A DNA stretch of 63,695 nt, filler included, from Choristocarpus tenellus KU-1152 (Eukaryota; Protista; Phaeophyceae): the NCBI GenBank assembly GCA_964200185.2. It is 6 parts of 6 records of this genome, joined end to end, with 100 filler letters (N's around TTAATTAATTAA, not from the genome) between each part and the next. Parts side by side here need not be neighbours in the genome. Positions count along the whole stretch, not along the records: positions 50,181 to 59,933 come from CAXNAD020003428.1; positions 60,034 to 63,695 come from CAXNAD020018658.1; 4 more parts are not named here. The stretch is one strand, 5' to 3'. Position 1 is the stretch's first letter; the number at the start of each line of letters is the position of its first letter. Shown here piece by piece: positions 52,574-63,695 of the stretch. Under the pieces are notes generated by a model. The model was not told the origin of the DNA. It saw nothing but the letters and a program-made list of their open reading frames with translations, and made no database searches. Position numbers and translations under genes: made by a program.

Positions 52574-55500
52574 ATGATCTCGTGCACTAATACCGACTTC
52601 TTCGACGTCGGGATGCAGGAGGGAGAGGAGATACTGCTTGTCATACACCTCCTGGCACTGTTGTTGACTTGGAGTCTGGCGTCCTCATGGTTGCAATCGG
52701 CCAGTAGGCTGAGAAGAAAGATAATCCTGTTTCTTCACTGGCTCAGGTGAGAAGGATTTTACTACCGTTGTGGTATATATCCTGTTTGATTTGTTCATGA
52801 GGACAAACCATGTGTAAAATGGAAGACCGCACCACCTTCTAAAAAAGTCAGGTGTCTAGTACAGATTTAGCACCAGCAATAGACCTTTTGGGGGGGCAGT
52901 GTAGTATGTTGATGGTGGGTGGTTAGCCCTTGTCATCATTACCGCACGTTGACACACACGTCTCTAAATGAACTTCAAACGATACACGTCATGCGATTTT
53001 ACGAACGTATCCTACGCCGTATCTTACATATCCCATCGTCCCCCCCTGCGACTTCTACACCACCCATCATACATGTGTTGGTGTATGCATGCATACATGG
53101 ATGATAGTGGGCTATTCTTCACTTCCTGCCAAGCTGTCACTATGGTGATGATCTTGAACTGCTGGTCCACCGATACGGCGAAGCCAATCGTCTACGGATT
53201 GAAGTTCATTTCAATGACAAGTGCAAATCTCTTTGCGCTGAGTGACCTGGCCCTTACCATCCGACTCGCGCAGATCGTAGAGGTAAGAGCAAGTTGTCGG
53301 CTAGGGCCACACACATATGTTTGGGCTGAAAATATGATATCATGTGTTATAGTATTTTCTGACTTGTGGGGTTCTTCCCCTTGTTTCTCCACCGCCTCCA
53401 TAGTCTCAGTCTAGAACTAGTTCCAGCTATAGTTGTTTCAGCAACTTTCTTGCTTTGTTGTTTTGAATTATTCTACAACTTTTGTTGGTGTATCTGATAG
53501 GCCTTCGTTTATTGTTGTGATTGATTTATTATCCCTTATTAGTCTTCTATTAATACTCTAATGCTGTTCTGGTTTTCTTGGATTCATTTTTCTTTTCAAC
53601 GTGAAAACATCTTCAAATGTCAGTGGACATAGTAACAGCATTAAATAGTCAACATACTTTGAACCCAGTTGTGAGTATCAGTGAACGGTGTGGTGGGACC
53701 AGCTCACAAGCACTACTGTGCTGCCCAAAAAGGTAAACAAGGTATGGTCATCTCCTCCAGCACCCAATACTTTGAAGTAACACCGTTTCCTTTTGTTGGT
53801 AAGTCATCTACGATACTTTCATCTCGTTTTCAAATACGAGAACATTCATTTGTGTGGAATCCGCTAGCAATGCGGTCATATCTAATGAGCAGGAAGAAAA
53901 AAAATGAACAAGTTCTAGTTAATCGTGGTTGTATGCGTTACTGTGGTAAATCTGAGAGATTTTTGTAATGAATGAAGTTGCTATGAGTGAATCAAACTTG
54001 GTACGTCTTGTGGTTAAATCGAGCTAAGCGATGTTACTCCTCTTCCTAAACGTCTTCTCCCCTGTTTCGAAGCCGAGTTTTGTGTATCCAAATTAATGTT
54101 GACGGTGCCTGGGGTATTATTGGTGGAAGTATTTTGTCGCTACCAGCGTTCTACAATGGTGATAATCAAACTTTCTGGGATATGGTATCCATAGGATATA
54201 TATTCCCCAATATAAGTTTCTAGTACGATGTTAAAACTACTAGTCTACAGGGAGCTTATAGTATCAATTTATGCCATACAATATTGACCAGTTATCGGAA
54301 GGTCCACTCACCTTTTTTCACTTTCGATTAATGAGAACCCAATGACCCCTCGTACTCTTGCGTACTGATAAATACTGTATCTTGAAATGTACTAAGTAGC
54401 GTCAAATTGTTATTTTTTGAGCATAGAGAATATTGGAAAGCAAGCGACCATGAAACAAGCATGATTATTTCATTTTTTTCGGCATTTATCATGGGGGGGC
54501 AAAAAACATTGAAGGGGCTGAGTGCATCAGACAAACTAGATGCGGTATGAGATACTGCGCATATCAAATACTTCATTTTTTTCAAGTTGAATAAACAACG
54601 CGTCGAATAAATGACTCAGAATATCAATTGTCGTAAGGCCAAAACCTTTTTGCCTCCACGTCTAGAGGAAGGATGTATTTTGGGTTCTTCTGACTCGAGG
54701 TGAAGAAAGAGAGAGAAAAAAGCATCTCATATATATGATGCCCTCACAGCAAAAATACCTCTGATGCATCCAAGGTTGTGGTGCACGATCAAGATACCGT
54801 GAGCGAGAACACATTGCTGCAAAAAAATATCCGAGAACGGGCAGGAATCAACTTACAAAAGTATCTTTCATTGATGCATGTGGGCACCGGACCCATCTGG
54901 ACTTTTGCATGAGTCCTAAAAAAACTGTATGACGCCAAGGAGTAGTGATGCTCTTGGATCTTTTCTAGGGGTTGTTTAGAGTGAGTGCTGGTGTCGGGCT
55001 GATTCATGGTGGTCTCGGTACGGCAAAGTCTGTTGGTAGAAGTCGTTGTTGTATTCTACTACATATTGTGTGTGATGTATAGATGTTGGTTTTGGTAATC
55101 TTTGATCATGTGTAGGTTATATTGCTTTGAGAAAAACTGGAATAGGGAGACTTGATTGGTGGAAGAAGTATGCATTCAAATGTCAACATATTAATGGAGT
55201 ACTTCGAAGTATAATCAACAGAGCCGATTGTGTGAAATGGGGAATGACATATTTCATGGGTATATGAGTTGATTTCTCTGCTATTTGGAAGTTTTCGGAA
55301 ATACCCTCTACATATTTGTATACAAACCGAATTTTACACATATTTGCCAGCCTCCTTAAAATGCAAACCTGGATACCTCTCGTTTACCTCGGCTCTATAT
55401 GGCATGCCCCGTTGGTTATGTAATAGCCTAATACCCTTAATTTGTACATTATTTTAGACCTTACCAACGCATGATTGCAATCAAACAATTATTATACAGT

Positions 55501-58500
55501 AGTAATATTTTCAATGGAATATATTTGTCGTGATTTCTCCCTGAGTTCAAATGAATCCTGCCCATGGCAAAGGGCGATTTACCTACTTCCTTAGAGCGCT
55601 TGGAGAGTATGATTTTTTTTACACAGAATCTCCGCATCGTTGCCCCTTACGTTTTGTATTGCATGCAATGTCCTCTGTGTGCAAAATATTTCTGCAGGGT
55701 CTCTACAAACTTCAGCGGGTCAAGGTCGAGGACTCGAAAAAACTTGCAGGAGCTGCAGTGTTTGTGGCACTAATCATGTCCTGTTCCTCAGCGTTCTGCT
55801 GGAGAGAAATTGGAATGTCTGGCGGTAAGTATTTGCCTCAAGATTGTTCCTTAATTTCTCTTGTCCTCCTGTAGTAACACGACATAGCAAGTTAGTTGCC
55901 AGCTGCAACACCAGAACTGGTGCATTTGTAGCATCATTGCCCGCTGTTGACCGTCCACTAACCCAATGATGTCTTCCCCCTACTCTTGCATCCTCCTTGT
56001 CTTCACTCTTCTTCTGGTGCACAGGCAACTATTTCGTGTTCAACCGTGAGGTGAGGTTTATTTCGTCGTGGAGAGGTGAATACTAATTTATTTGAACACA
56101 CAGTACACCTACTGTTACCCTCTTTCCCATTTGACTTGTTGCCTTTTTGTTAGAGTAAAGAGTAATAATTAATTGCAGGAGGTTGAAATCATCATTGAGA
56201 AAACTAGCTTTTGAAGGGATTGTAGCTTTCCCTCATAATGAAATTTGTGATGTACGCTTCTGAACATCAACGTATTCCCTGAAGCTGTAGACGAACAGGC
56301 ACTGATCCTCCTCGAGACTTTTGTCGTATAAGTGAACATATATTTGATTTACTGTTTCCGACATTAGTTTTGACAAAGGGGAAATGACAGTAGTGTTTGT
56401 TCAGTTGAGCCTGTTGTGTGTATCTATTGAAGCTCGAGGGAGTGAGGGCGTGGACATGATAGGACTTGACCGGGAATGAAGTCACAATTTAGTACAACAA
56501 ACTTACTTACGCGTTTGGCCCAGGGTACCTGCCTGGTGTCAGGGTTGGGGAATGAATGATTTGGTATTTTGCAACTGAGTTAAAAGGCAACTGCAGTATA
56601 TTGGACGTCAAATTCCTTCCCCAAATTTAAATACCATACCTTAGACCCCGAACTTCTTGCTGTCCAAGAATGCTTCCAACTATTATTGTATGTGTTAGGA
56701 ATTTACACGTTAATACCAGGGTATCAGTGCCCTTTAGCCAGTGCACGATTGAGGCAAGTGGTCTGGGATCTAAAGGGCGAATCCGTTTATCGCACCTACG
56801 ACTGTCACACGCCAGGACTAGTTCAGCTCTTTGGAAACCCCATCACTTGTCAGAAGCGTTCAATTACGTAATATGCCTATGTATGCTTTCGCGGCCTCCT
56901 TCAATTCAAGATGTAACATCATCAGTAATCACCTTCTGTGATGATATTCGTCCCCTCTGATTCTCCCCATTCAGTTCTGATTCAGGTCTTGGTGTATTTT
57001 CGTGGTCGCTTTGTATTTGTATAGAGAACAATGTTGTACCCAATTTATTGATTGAACAAATTAAAAAAAGTATGAATTATATAGAATATGGTAGTAATAT
57101 TACTTGAAATGGGAATCTGACTGAAAGAGTCACTCCGCATGGAGTGGCTAAGACTAGTTAAGGGTGTAAGGTTGCCACTATCTTTGGTTGGGTCTGGGCT
57201 TTTATCTCCCCAATGATTAGTACTTGACCATTCTTTTTGCAACAAAGTGTAACTCAATCATGCTTGCATCTATATATACAGTAGTACAGAATAGTGGAAT
57301 GGGAATGCTGGGTTCCTGTTCGATAATACCTTCATCGAAAATGACAATATTGGCGTCAACATTCAATTTGCGGCACCTTCCCGTAACGGTGGGGAAATAA
57401 TAGGTGTTAGGGGTTGTTAGTCAAGGAGAGAAAGGGTATATTCTTTCGCTCATGACGCAACACAAGTTGGCCAACTGCTTCCATCTTTGAACGACACTAC
57501 AGTGATAATCACCAAGTATCAAGACCACTGTAACATCGGGCTCGAGTCAACCAGCATTTTGCGTAGTTGTAGCGCCTGCTGCCCACTACGTTCGTAGGTT
57601 ATGCGCTGAGCTATCTGTGTAGTGTTAAATCTCGACAAAAACGACACGAGTACTTCGAGGATCTCATGGAGCGCATGTGGGCATGTCTCGTGTGTCAATA
57701 GCAAGGGCTTAACCTCGAAACGTTTGAAGGTTATTATATTTGATCAATCCCAAAATATGTGTTGTTCAGCAGTTTGATTGGGGGTAAGCGCAATATTGTA
57801 AGAGAAGTAGGATATTTACTAAAGGAACCACATAAAATTAAAAAAGAGATATATAATGCATTCGCCTTCCACTTCCCCGTACCCCCTCAATCATTACACG
57901 ACCCTTCATTGTGTTTTGTGTATTCCTGCAGCATGAGGACTGGATCCGGCGATCCCACACAATTGTACCTACTATTACGGGCTTCATCATGGCTCCAGTA
58001 CTCTTTTGGATCTTACTCTACCGGTGGAAAGAGCTGCGCAAGTGCTGTGAGACCAAGATTTTCAAACAGTATTTCATGCTTACCATGGTGGGGGCCACAG
58101 TGTACTTTTACAATTTTGCCACCAACCTGGAACAGTATGACGAGGTCAACCACTACAAGACTAGGGTGATAACAGTTAAGCGGGCCCTTAGATATGTTCA
58201 CATTTGTCTGGACTCTCTGGTGTTACTGTCATCGGTAGAGAGTGTTCTAGCGCCTCACAAAATCCCTTCGTTTTCTCGACATACAACCCAATCAAGTCAG
58301 CGCCAGGTGGCACCCATGGCCATTATGTTCGCATAGATGACCTAGTGTACATTTTGCTTCTTGTGTCGCCTGTCCTTGAAACTCCTTGCAGTTGAGTTTT
58401 TTCTTTCATTCTAAACCCATTTTATTGAAATATTCCAGAGTAGATCATCGTTACTTTGTGTATGTAGGTAAGTGATTTTGTCTTTTTCTTCTGTGTGGAC

Positions 58501-58617
58501 TCGATTATTTTCTTGGTTGTGTGTCGGTGTTGTTGCTTTAAGACTCATATACATAGATATCGATATATAGATGATATATCGTGCCCTGAAGATGGCGATC
58601 GTTGTACACAATTGGTT
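52574..58617 (+). CDS. Uncharacterised multi-pass membrane protein; exons 52574-52746, 53108-53282, 55698-55824, 56025-56050, 57932-58165 and probably 58543-58617; 3' end not seen
   Basis: Consensus donors (GTGAGA, GTAAGA, GTAAGT, GTGAGG) and acceptors join with phases 2/0/1/0/0 into a stop-free frame containing six hydrophobic segments. No family recognised. Confidence 0.75.
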
Positions 58618-58659
58618 GTAAGGGCTGGATACGTATGTGTAGTATCAATCCAAAACATT

Positions 58660-58905
58660 TCGGGGGGTAGGAGTTTACACCTGTCCATTCGGGGCTTGGC
58701 TTCCAACGGGTTTTTTATGCCCTTTCTTCGGTTTCTGTGAACACAGTTACCTTCTCCAAAGCATTTTAGAGTAGGTAAAATGTGCACGACTATGAAAGGT
58801 GTATCCAGAGCAAGGATATTGTCACTTGCCAACAAACACAGTAGCCAAAATTACATCAAAATCGCAACATTGGATTTATGACCCAGAACAGACTTGGCCC
58901 TACAC
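58660..58905. mobile_element. Degenerate MITE family A copy
   Basis: The interior (GTCCATTCGGGGCTTGGCTTCC, GAGTAGGTAAAATGTG, GCCAAAATTACATCAAAATCGCAACATTGGATTT) matches family A; the TIRs are eroded. Confidence 0.75.
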
Positions 58906-59415
58906 CCCGAAATGCTTTGGATTATAATGTCAACCAAACAGTTCAAATGTGTTTAGTTGAACTACACTGCTGGCTACTTTCAACTCAATGTCATGAAGTA
59001 GTCGGTGTGATTATGTTACGAATGTGTGAATGTTTACCTTCTTGCGAAGGAAGATTGTTCTTGCTTGGTAGGAGAGCTCCGTGCTTGCTGGAGAAATCTA
59101 GCCCAAGACAGAGAATTATTGAAAGAGTGAGTTTTATATGTTGATCGTCTAAAGTACAAAATTATATGTGCTAGACGTTTCGAAAAAATCTGTAGATAGC
59201 AAGTACTGGTAGATTTACCTTATTTTAAAAAACCTGGATATTAAAATAGACAATGCACAGAAGAGCAGTTCTGTTTTCCGTCGCCTAGCATCCATCATCC
59301 AACACCTGACTACGCATGCCACACAAATCATCTCCTTGTCGCCTCCCTCCTTCTAACTTCACAAACCTTCACTATTAACACAACTACTATCGGGAGAAAA
59401 AAAAGTGTGGAAAAA

Positions 59416-59671
59416 GAGTGTAAGTACCTTAGAGGGTACGAGTTTTGCCCTGTTTGTCCGTTTGGGGCTTGGCTTCCCACAGGTTTTTACAAAATTTTAC
59501 CTACTCCGAAATTTCGGAGTAGGTAAAATGTGTATGTTACGAAAAGGTGTGTCTGGATCAAGGATATTGGCGCTTCCTAACAAACACAATAGCCAAAATT
59601 GCATCAAAATCGCAACATTAGATTTAGCCCCCAAACGGAATCGGCTCTACCCCCTAAGACACTTTCGACTC
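59416..59671. mobile_element. MITE family A copy
   Basis: GAGTGTAAGTACCTTAGAGGGTA ... TACCCCCTAAGACACTTTCGACTC, with flanks AAAA / AAAG. Confidence 0.85.
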
Positions 59672-59933
59672 AAAGATGTGCACCAGAGAGTATATTGTCG
59701 CTTGTCTGCACATCTCACGCAGAACCTGGCTCAGGTGAGATAGGGATCCACTTTCGAGTTACATGCTGGCTCCAAGAGGCTCCCATGCCCAACATAGAAA
59801 CCAAAATAGTAACTTGTGTTAGTATATTTTTGGTGAGGATGATTATCATTCCCAACAGAAGAGTGCCAACATGCTTGAATCAGGGTCAAAGTATCTTGGG
59901 GGGGGGGGTGGTTTGTGAGGGGGCGTCCGTTTC

Positions 59934-60033
59934 NNNNNNNNNNNNNNNNNNNNNNNNNNNNNNNNNNNNNNNNNNNNTTAATTAATTAANNNNNNNNNNN
60001 NNNNNNNNNNNNNNNNNNNNNNNNNNNNNNNNN
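59934..60033. other. Artificial contig linker
   Basis: 44 N + TTAATTAATTAA + 44 N. Confidence 0.98.
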
Positions 60034-62274
60034 TCCACTCTTCCACGCAACACAGATCGTGCGTTTGCATTCACCACATGACCACCGACCTCCAGGTTCA
60101 GTGCCTAAGAGAGAACTGGAAGAAAGTACATACAAGGACGTTCTTTGGCGATGATGGATAATGCACTTGCACATGCGCATGCGCATTCTGCGACAAAGGC
60201 AAAGGATGCAGGTCTGAAGAAGTAGAGGCCGCACTCGAAAGTGGTGCTCATTTAATAGCCTTCCTCTTGTAAGTTCTTATTCCAGACCACACCCACGACG
60301 TGGCGAATAAGTGAGCACAACGAGCTGGAATGGTATCCAAAATAATTTTAACCACACTGTAGGTACACACCAACGTACTCGCCCTCAAACCGTTTCACTA
60401 CGTCCTCTAAAAATGTGGCAGCGACATCCGGACTCCACTAGTGACGTTGGATCTGCTACTCAAACCTCTATACTGACAACAAAAACCGCTCTTGGATTAA
60501 TCAAAACAAAACAGATGCGAGAGGACTGTGCTGGAGTCCCTCAGTAAACCGTCCTCTGGCGGTTCCTTGGGCAGTTTCAAAAATTCTTGTGTCGAAGGTA
60601 CATGTGACAGGTGTGAGTGGAAATCTCACCCAATGTGGAAGTGCCCTTGTATGTTGGACTCTCACAGCACACGTGTCACATGGAACGAGTTCATCCACGC
60701 ATACACCCCGGTGGTGGAGGCCGATCTGCAACGAAAGACATGCCCGGAGATAAAGGTGTGCCTTATCCAAACACTCACCAACTAATTAGATTTGGAAGAC
60801 GAACCTGTCCGGTTCCACCCTCGTGCCGGGTCCCAGAGCGATGCTGCAACCTACCCTACCAATCAACCATATCTCCATGTTCACATCCAGACCACACACC
60901 CATGCTCCAATAAATCTCTATGTCCGTCTACACTGCCACACAGGTGCTGTCCTCTCGACTTGGCATCGCCACCCCCAGCAGGACCACCAAAGATGACATG
61001 ATCCAGATGATCAAGGCAAAATATGCAGACCTGAGGGCGGACAATCTCATGACCGACGATTTGATCATCGCTAAGTACATGGTGAGAGAGTCCGCCCCCG
61101 ACTTCAGGAGGAACAGGACCGAGGAGAACGATGACGAAGACACCACAGGGTCTACAGACAAACACAGCTGGAGGTGAAAGGTGAGCGACAGTTTCCTTCG
61201 AGCAATATTTACAGTGTACATTGGATGTATCACGGCGTATTTGTCAAACAATGAGCAGATACTCCCTCCCACAGCACCGGACAAAATCGATTACACCACA
61301 ACAAAGCCTGAATCACTACAACCTATCGCCATCAACAACACTCCAAATGCGACCACCTGGCCCATTTGATACAGGTACTGTTCCCAAGGACGGAGGGATT
61401 CCCTACACTCATAAAAGTCATATTTGCCAACTTCGAGAAGAGCTTCTCCCTTCATCACAACACCACCATCTGGCAGGCGCAACAATACAAACACTGTAAA
61501 TCCCGCCTCCCCAAAGGACATGCCGCCATGTCCATGGACTTCAGCGTCCACCTGCAACACAACTACCAAGACTTGACACAACAAGAGTTCTTCAGTCTAT
61601 TCCTTACGGCGCTCCTAGTCATTGTCTGGTGGTTGAGGGATTTCAGAGAAGAGGGAAATCTTGGGAAGGGAAGGGTTTGGGCTCACAGCATGACGGTGTG
61701 CGGTGAAGACCGAAGCCAAGACAACCAGTTCGTCCAGAACGCCGTGTAGATGCTTGTGAAAGACCACCTAATACCTCTAGCCAGTGAATACGGACAGACC
61801 CTAGTGGTCCTCCACATCTGATCCGATGGCTGCGGGAGTCAATTCAAGAACAGATGGCAGATGTGGTGGGTTTCTCAGTCTTTAGCGCGGATGGGAATTT
61901 CCGTAGTACACAACTTCTTTGCCTCCTGTCACGGCAAGTCCTTGTATGATGGAGTCGGGGCTGTGGTGAAGTCTGCTGCCAGGAGACTGGAACTCCACGG
62001 GGTGTGCATGCCAGGAACCTCATCCCTAGTGGATACAATCAAGGCAACCAAAACTCAGTATACCTTAAGGGATCCGACACCAGAGGAAGAATGGTGCTAC
62101 CGCAAAGGTCATAAGGTTCCTCCCGGACAGACAATCGTCACAAGGGTAGGCACACCCCACATGACGACCCCCCCCACTCTCACAAAGTTCGGTCTCTGCT
62201 TGCCACTGGCGACAACCACAACACGTACACTCCTTGCTCACATATGCAACAAACACTCAATATGTACCGTTTGA
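60034..62274 (+). mobile_element. Decayed DDE transposase gene, Sola2-like, with three apparent introns (exons ~60034-60211, ~60514-60755, ~60944-61180, ~61375-62150)
   Basis: Motifs occur in order: CVCIHH, CVEGTCDRC, MDFSVHL...Q..TQQEFF, SQDNQFV, HI*SDGCGSQFKN, HNFFASCHGKSLYDGVGAVVK. This corresponds to the CxCxxH / DFxEN / SDGxxxQFKN / HGKxxxDGxGxxxK transposase signature. In-frame stops lie near 60158, 61175, 61747 and 61819. The Sola2 assignment is from recalled motifs, not a search. Confidence 0.8.
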
Positions 62275-62278
62275 ATTC

Positions 62279-62900
62279 ATGTCACATCCGTCACTCCCCT
62301 CACGCCGACACGACGCGCAGCGTCAAGATAACACATACGTACGTATGAAATGACTGCACAGATAGTCTATACACACTTACATCCATCGCCACCTATTTAG
62401 TACAAGTCTGCCAATCGGTAAACTCGCGGAAAACTCCAAGTTCTTCTTTTCTTTCCAATGTCAACGTCGACTATATACCCATCGCTTGTTGCAGGAATAC
62501 GAACCACATACATCACATGCATGATTCTCCGCACACTCTGGACCTGATCCCTCCTTGCCACTCCCATCAGTCTGCACCCTCCCGCCCCTTGATAACCCAC
62601 ACACACAACACGCATTAGATGTTGACCCATTATGTCACATCCGCGCTTTCCCTCACGTCGACACCATGATATTTCATGATAATCGCACATACGCCTTTAC
62701 TAATCAACCGCACACCATCCGAGCACACTTGCAACCATCGCCCTCGATTTAGAACGAGTCTGCCAATCGGTAAACCAACCCAAACTCCAAGTTATTGTTT
62801 CCTTTCACGTAACAACGTCAGCCATATATCCATCGCTTGCTGCAAGAATATATACCACATGTACCACGTGTATGATTTTCCCACCCACAACAATTAATCC
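62279..62900. repeat. Diverged direct duplication, ~353-bp period, downstream of the transposase
   Basis: ATGTCACATCCG...CCCTCACG.CGACAC and AGTCTGCCAATCGGTAAAC...AAACTCCAAGTT...CCATCGCTTG.TGCA.GAATA each occur twice. Confidence 0.75.
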
Positions 62901-62910
62901 CTGTTAATTG

Positions 62911-63664
62911 AAAGTATCTTAGAGGGTACGAGTTTTTCCCTGTGAGTGAAAGTATCTTAGAGGGTACGAGATTTGCCCTGTTTATCCGTTTGGGGTTTGG
63001 CTACCCGTGATTTGTTTTTTTACATTTTCCCACTCCAAATTTTCTCGGAGTAGGTAAAATATATGCGTTACGAAAAGGTGTGAGACTGGAACAAGGATAT
63101 TGACACTTCCTAACATATACGATGGCCAAAATTACATAAAATCGCAACATTGAATTTTGGCTCTCAAATGGACGCGTCTCTACCCTCTAAGATACTTTGG
63201 CTCTGTTTGTCCATTTGGGGCTTGACTTCCCACGGGTTTTTAATGACATTTTACCTTCTCCAAAATGTTTCGGAGTATGTAGAATGTGTATGTTATGAAA
63301 AGGTGTGTCCAGAATATGGATATTGACATCTCCAAACAAATATGATACCCAAAATTATATCAAAATCTCAACATTAGATTTTGACCTCCAAATGGACTCG
63401 GCTCTACCCTCTAAGATACTTTGACGCTATGAGTTTTCCTCTGTTTGTCCATTTGGGGCTTGGCTTCCCATGGGTTTTTTATGACATTTTCCTACTCCAA
63501 AAGTTTTAGGAGTAGGTAAAATGTATACGTTATGAAAAGGTGTGTCCGAAACATAGATATTGACACCTCCTGGCAAACACAATAGTCAAAATTATATCAA
63601 AATCGCAACATTGGATTTTGACCCCCAAATGGACGCGACTCTACCCTCTAAGATACTTTGGCTC
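62911..63664. repeat. Head-to-tail tandem array of MITE family A (a partial left end plus three ~225-260-bp units)
   Basis: Left TIR at 62911 and 62944. Right TIR TACCCTCTAAGATACTTTG at ~63181, ~63404 and ~63642. Units 2 and 3 lack a left TIR. Confidence 0.88.
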
Positions 63665-63695
63665 TGTTTGCAACTCGCGACAGTCTACACCCTCC

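Noticed and set aside
62911-63664. CRISPR-like repeat/spacer reading of the recurring TACCCTCTAAGATACTTTG
   Set aside because: The intervening sequences are ~220 bp and homologous to each other, there are no cas genes, and the context is eukaryotic.

Overview
Eukaryotic, intron-rich nuclear DNA, most likely from a brown alga or related photosynthetic stramenopile. This assignment is inferred from a bipartite plastid-targeting peptide, a Pmp/POMP-like repeat gene and the intron style. The window is not contiguous: six contigs are joined by five artificial 100-nt linkers (44 N + TTAATTAATTAA + 44 N), so gene neighbourhoods cannot be read across them. Spliced genes reconstructed by hand: a TspO/MBR protein with a plastid-type presequence; a ~1070-aa disordered/Cys-cluster/ankyrin protein; an orphan last exon of a guanylate kinase; the 5' part of dymeclin, head-to-head with CPSF2/CPSF100 (cut by a contig end); a secreted GGA[IV]/FxxN-repeat (Pmp-like) protein; and an unknown multi-pass membrane protein with GPCR-like topology. 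Mobile DNA: a decayed plant-type mariner; a decayed, intron-containing Sola2-like transposase; two MITE families sharing G(A/G)GTNAAAGTATCT termini, one forming a tandem array; and truncated CRE-like non-LTR retroelement 3' ends. No CRISPR array, rRNA or intact tRNA was seen. The best candidates for something undescribed are the Sola2/MITE system, the orphan 7TM-like gene and the dymeclin/guanylate kinase discontinuity. Most short ORFs in the track are spurious.
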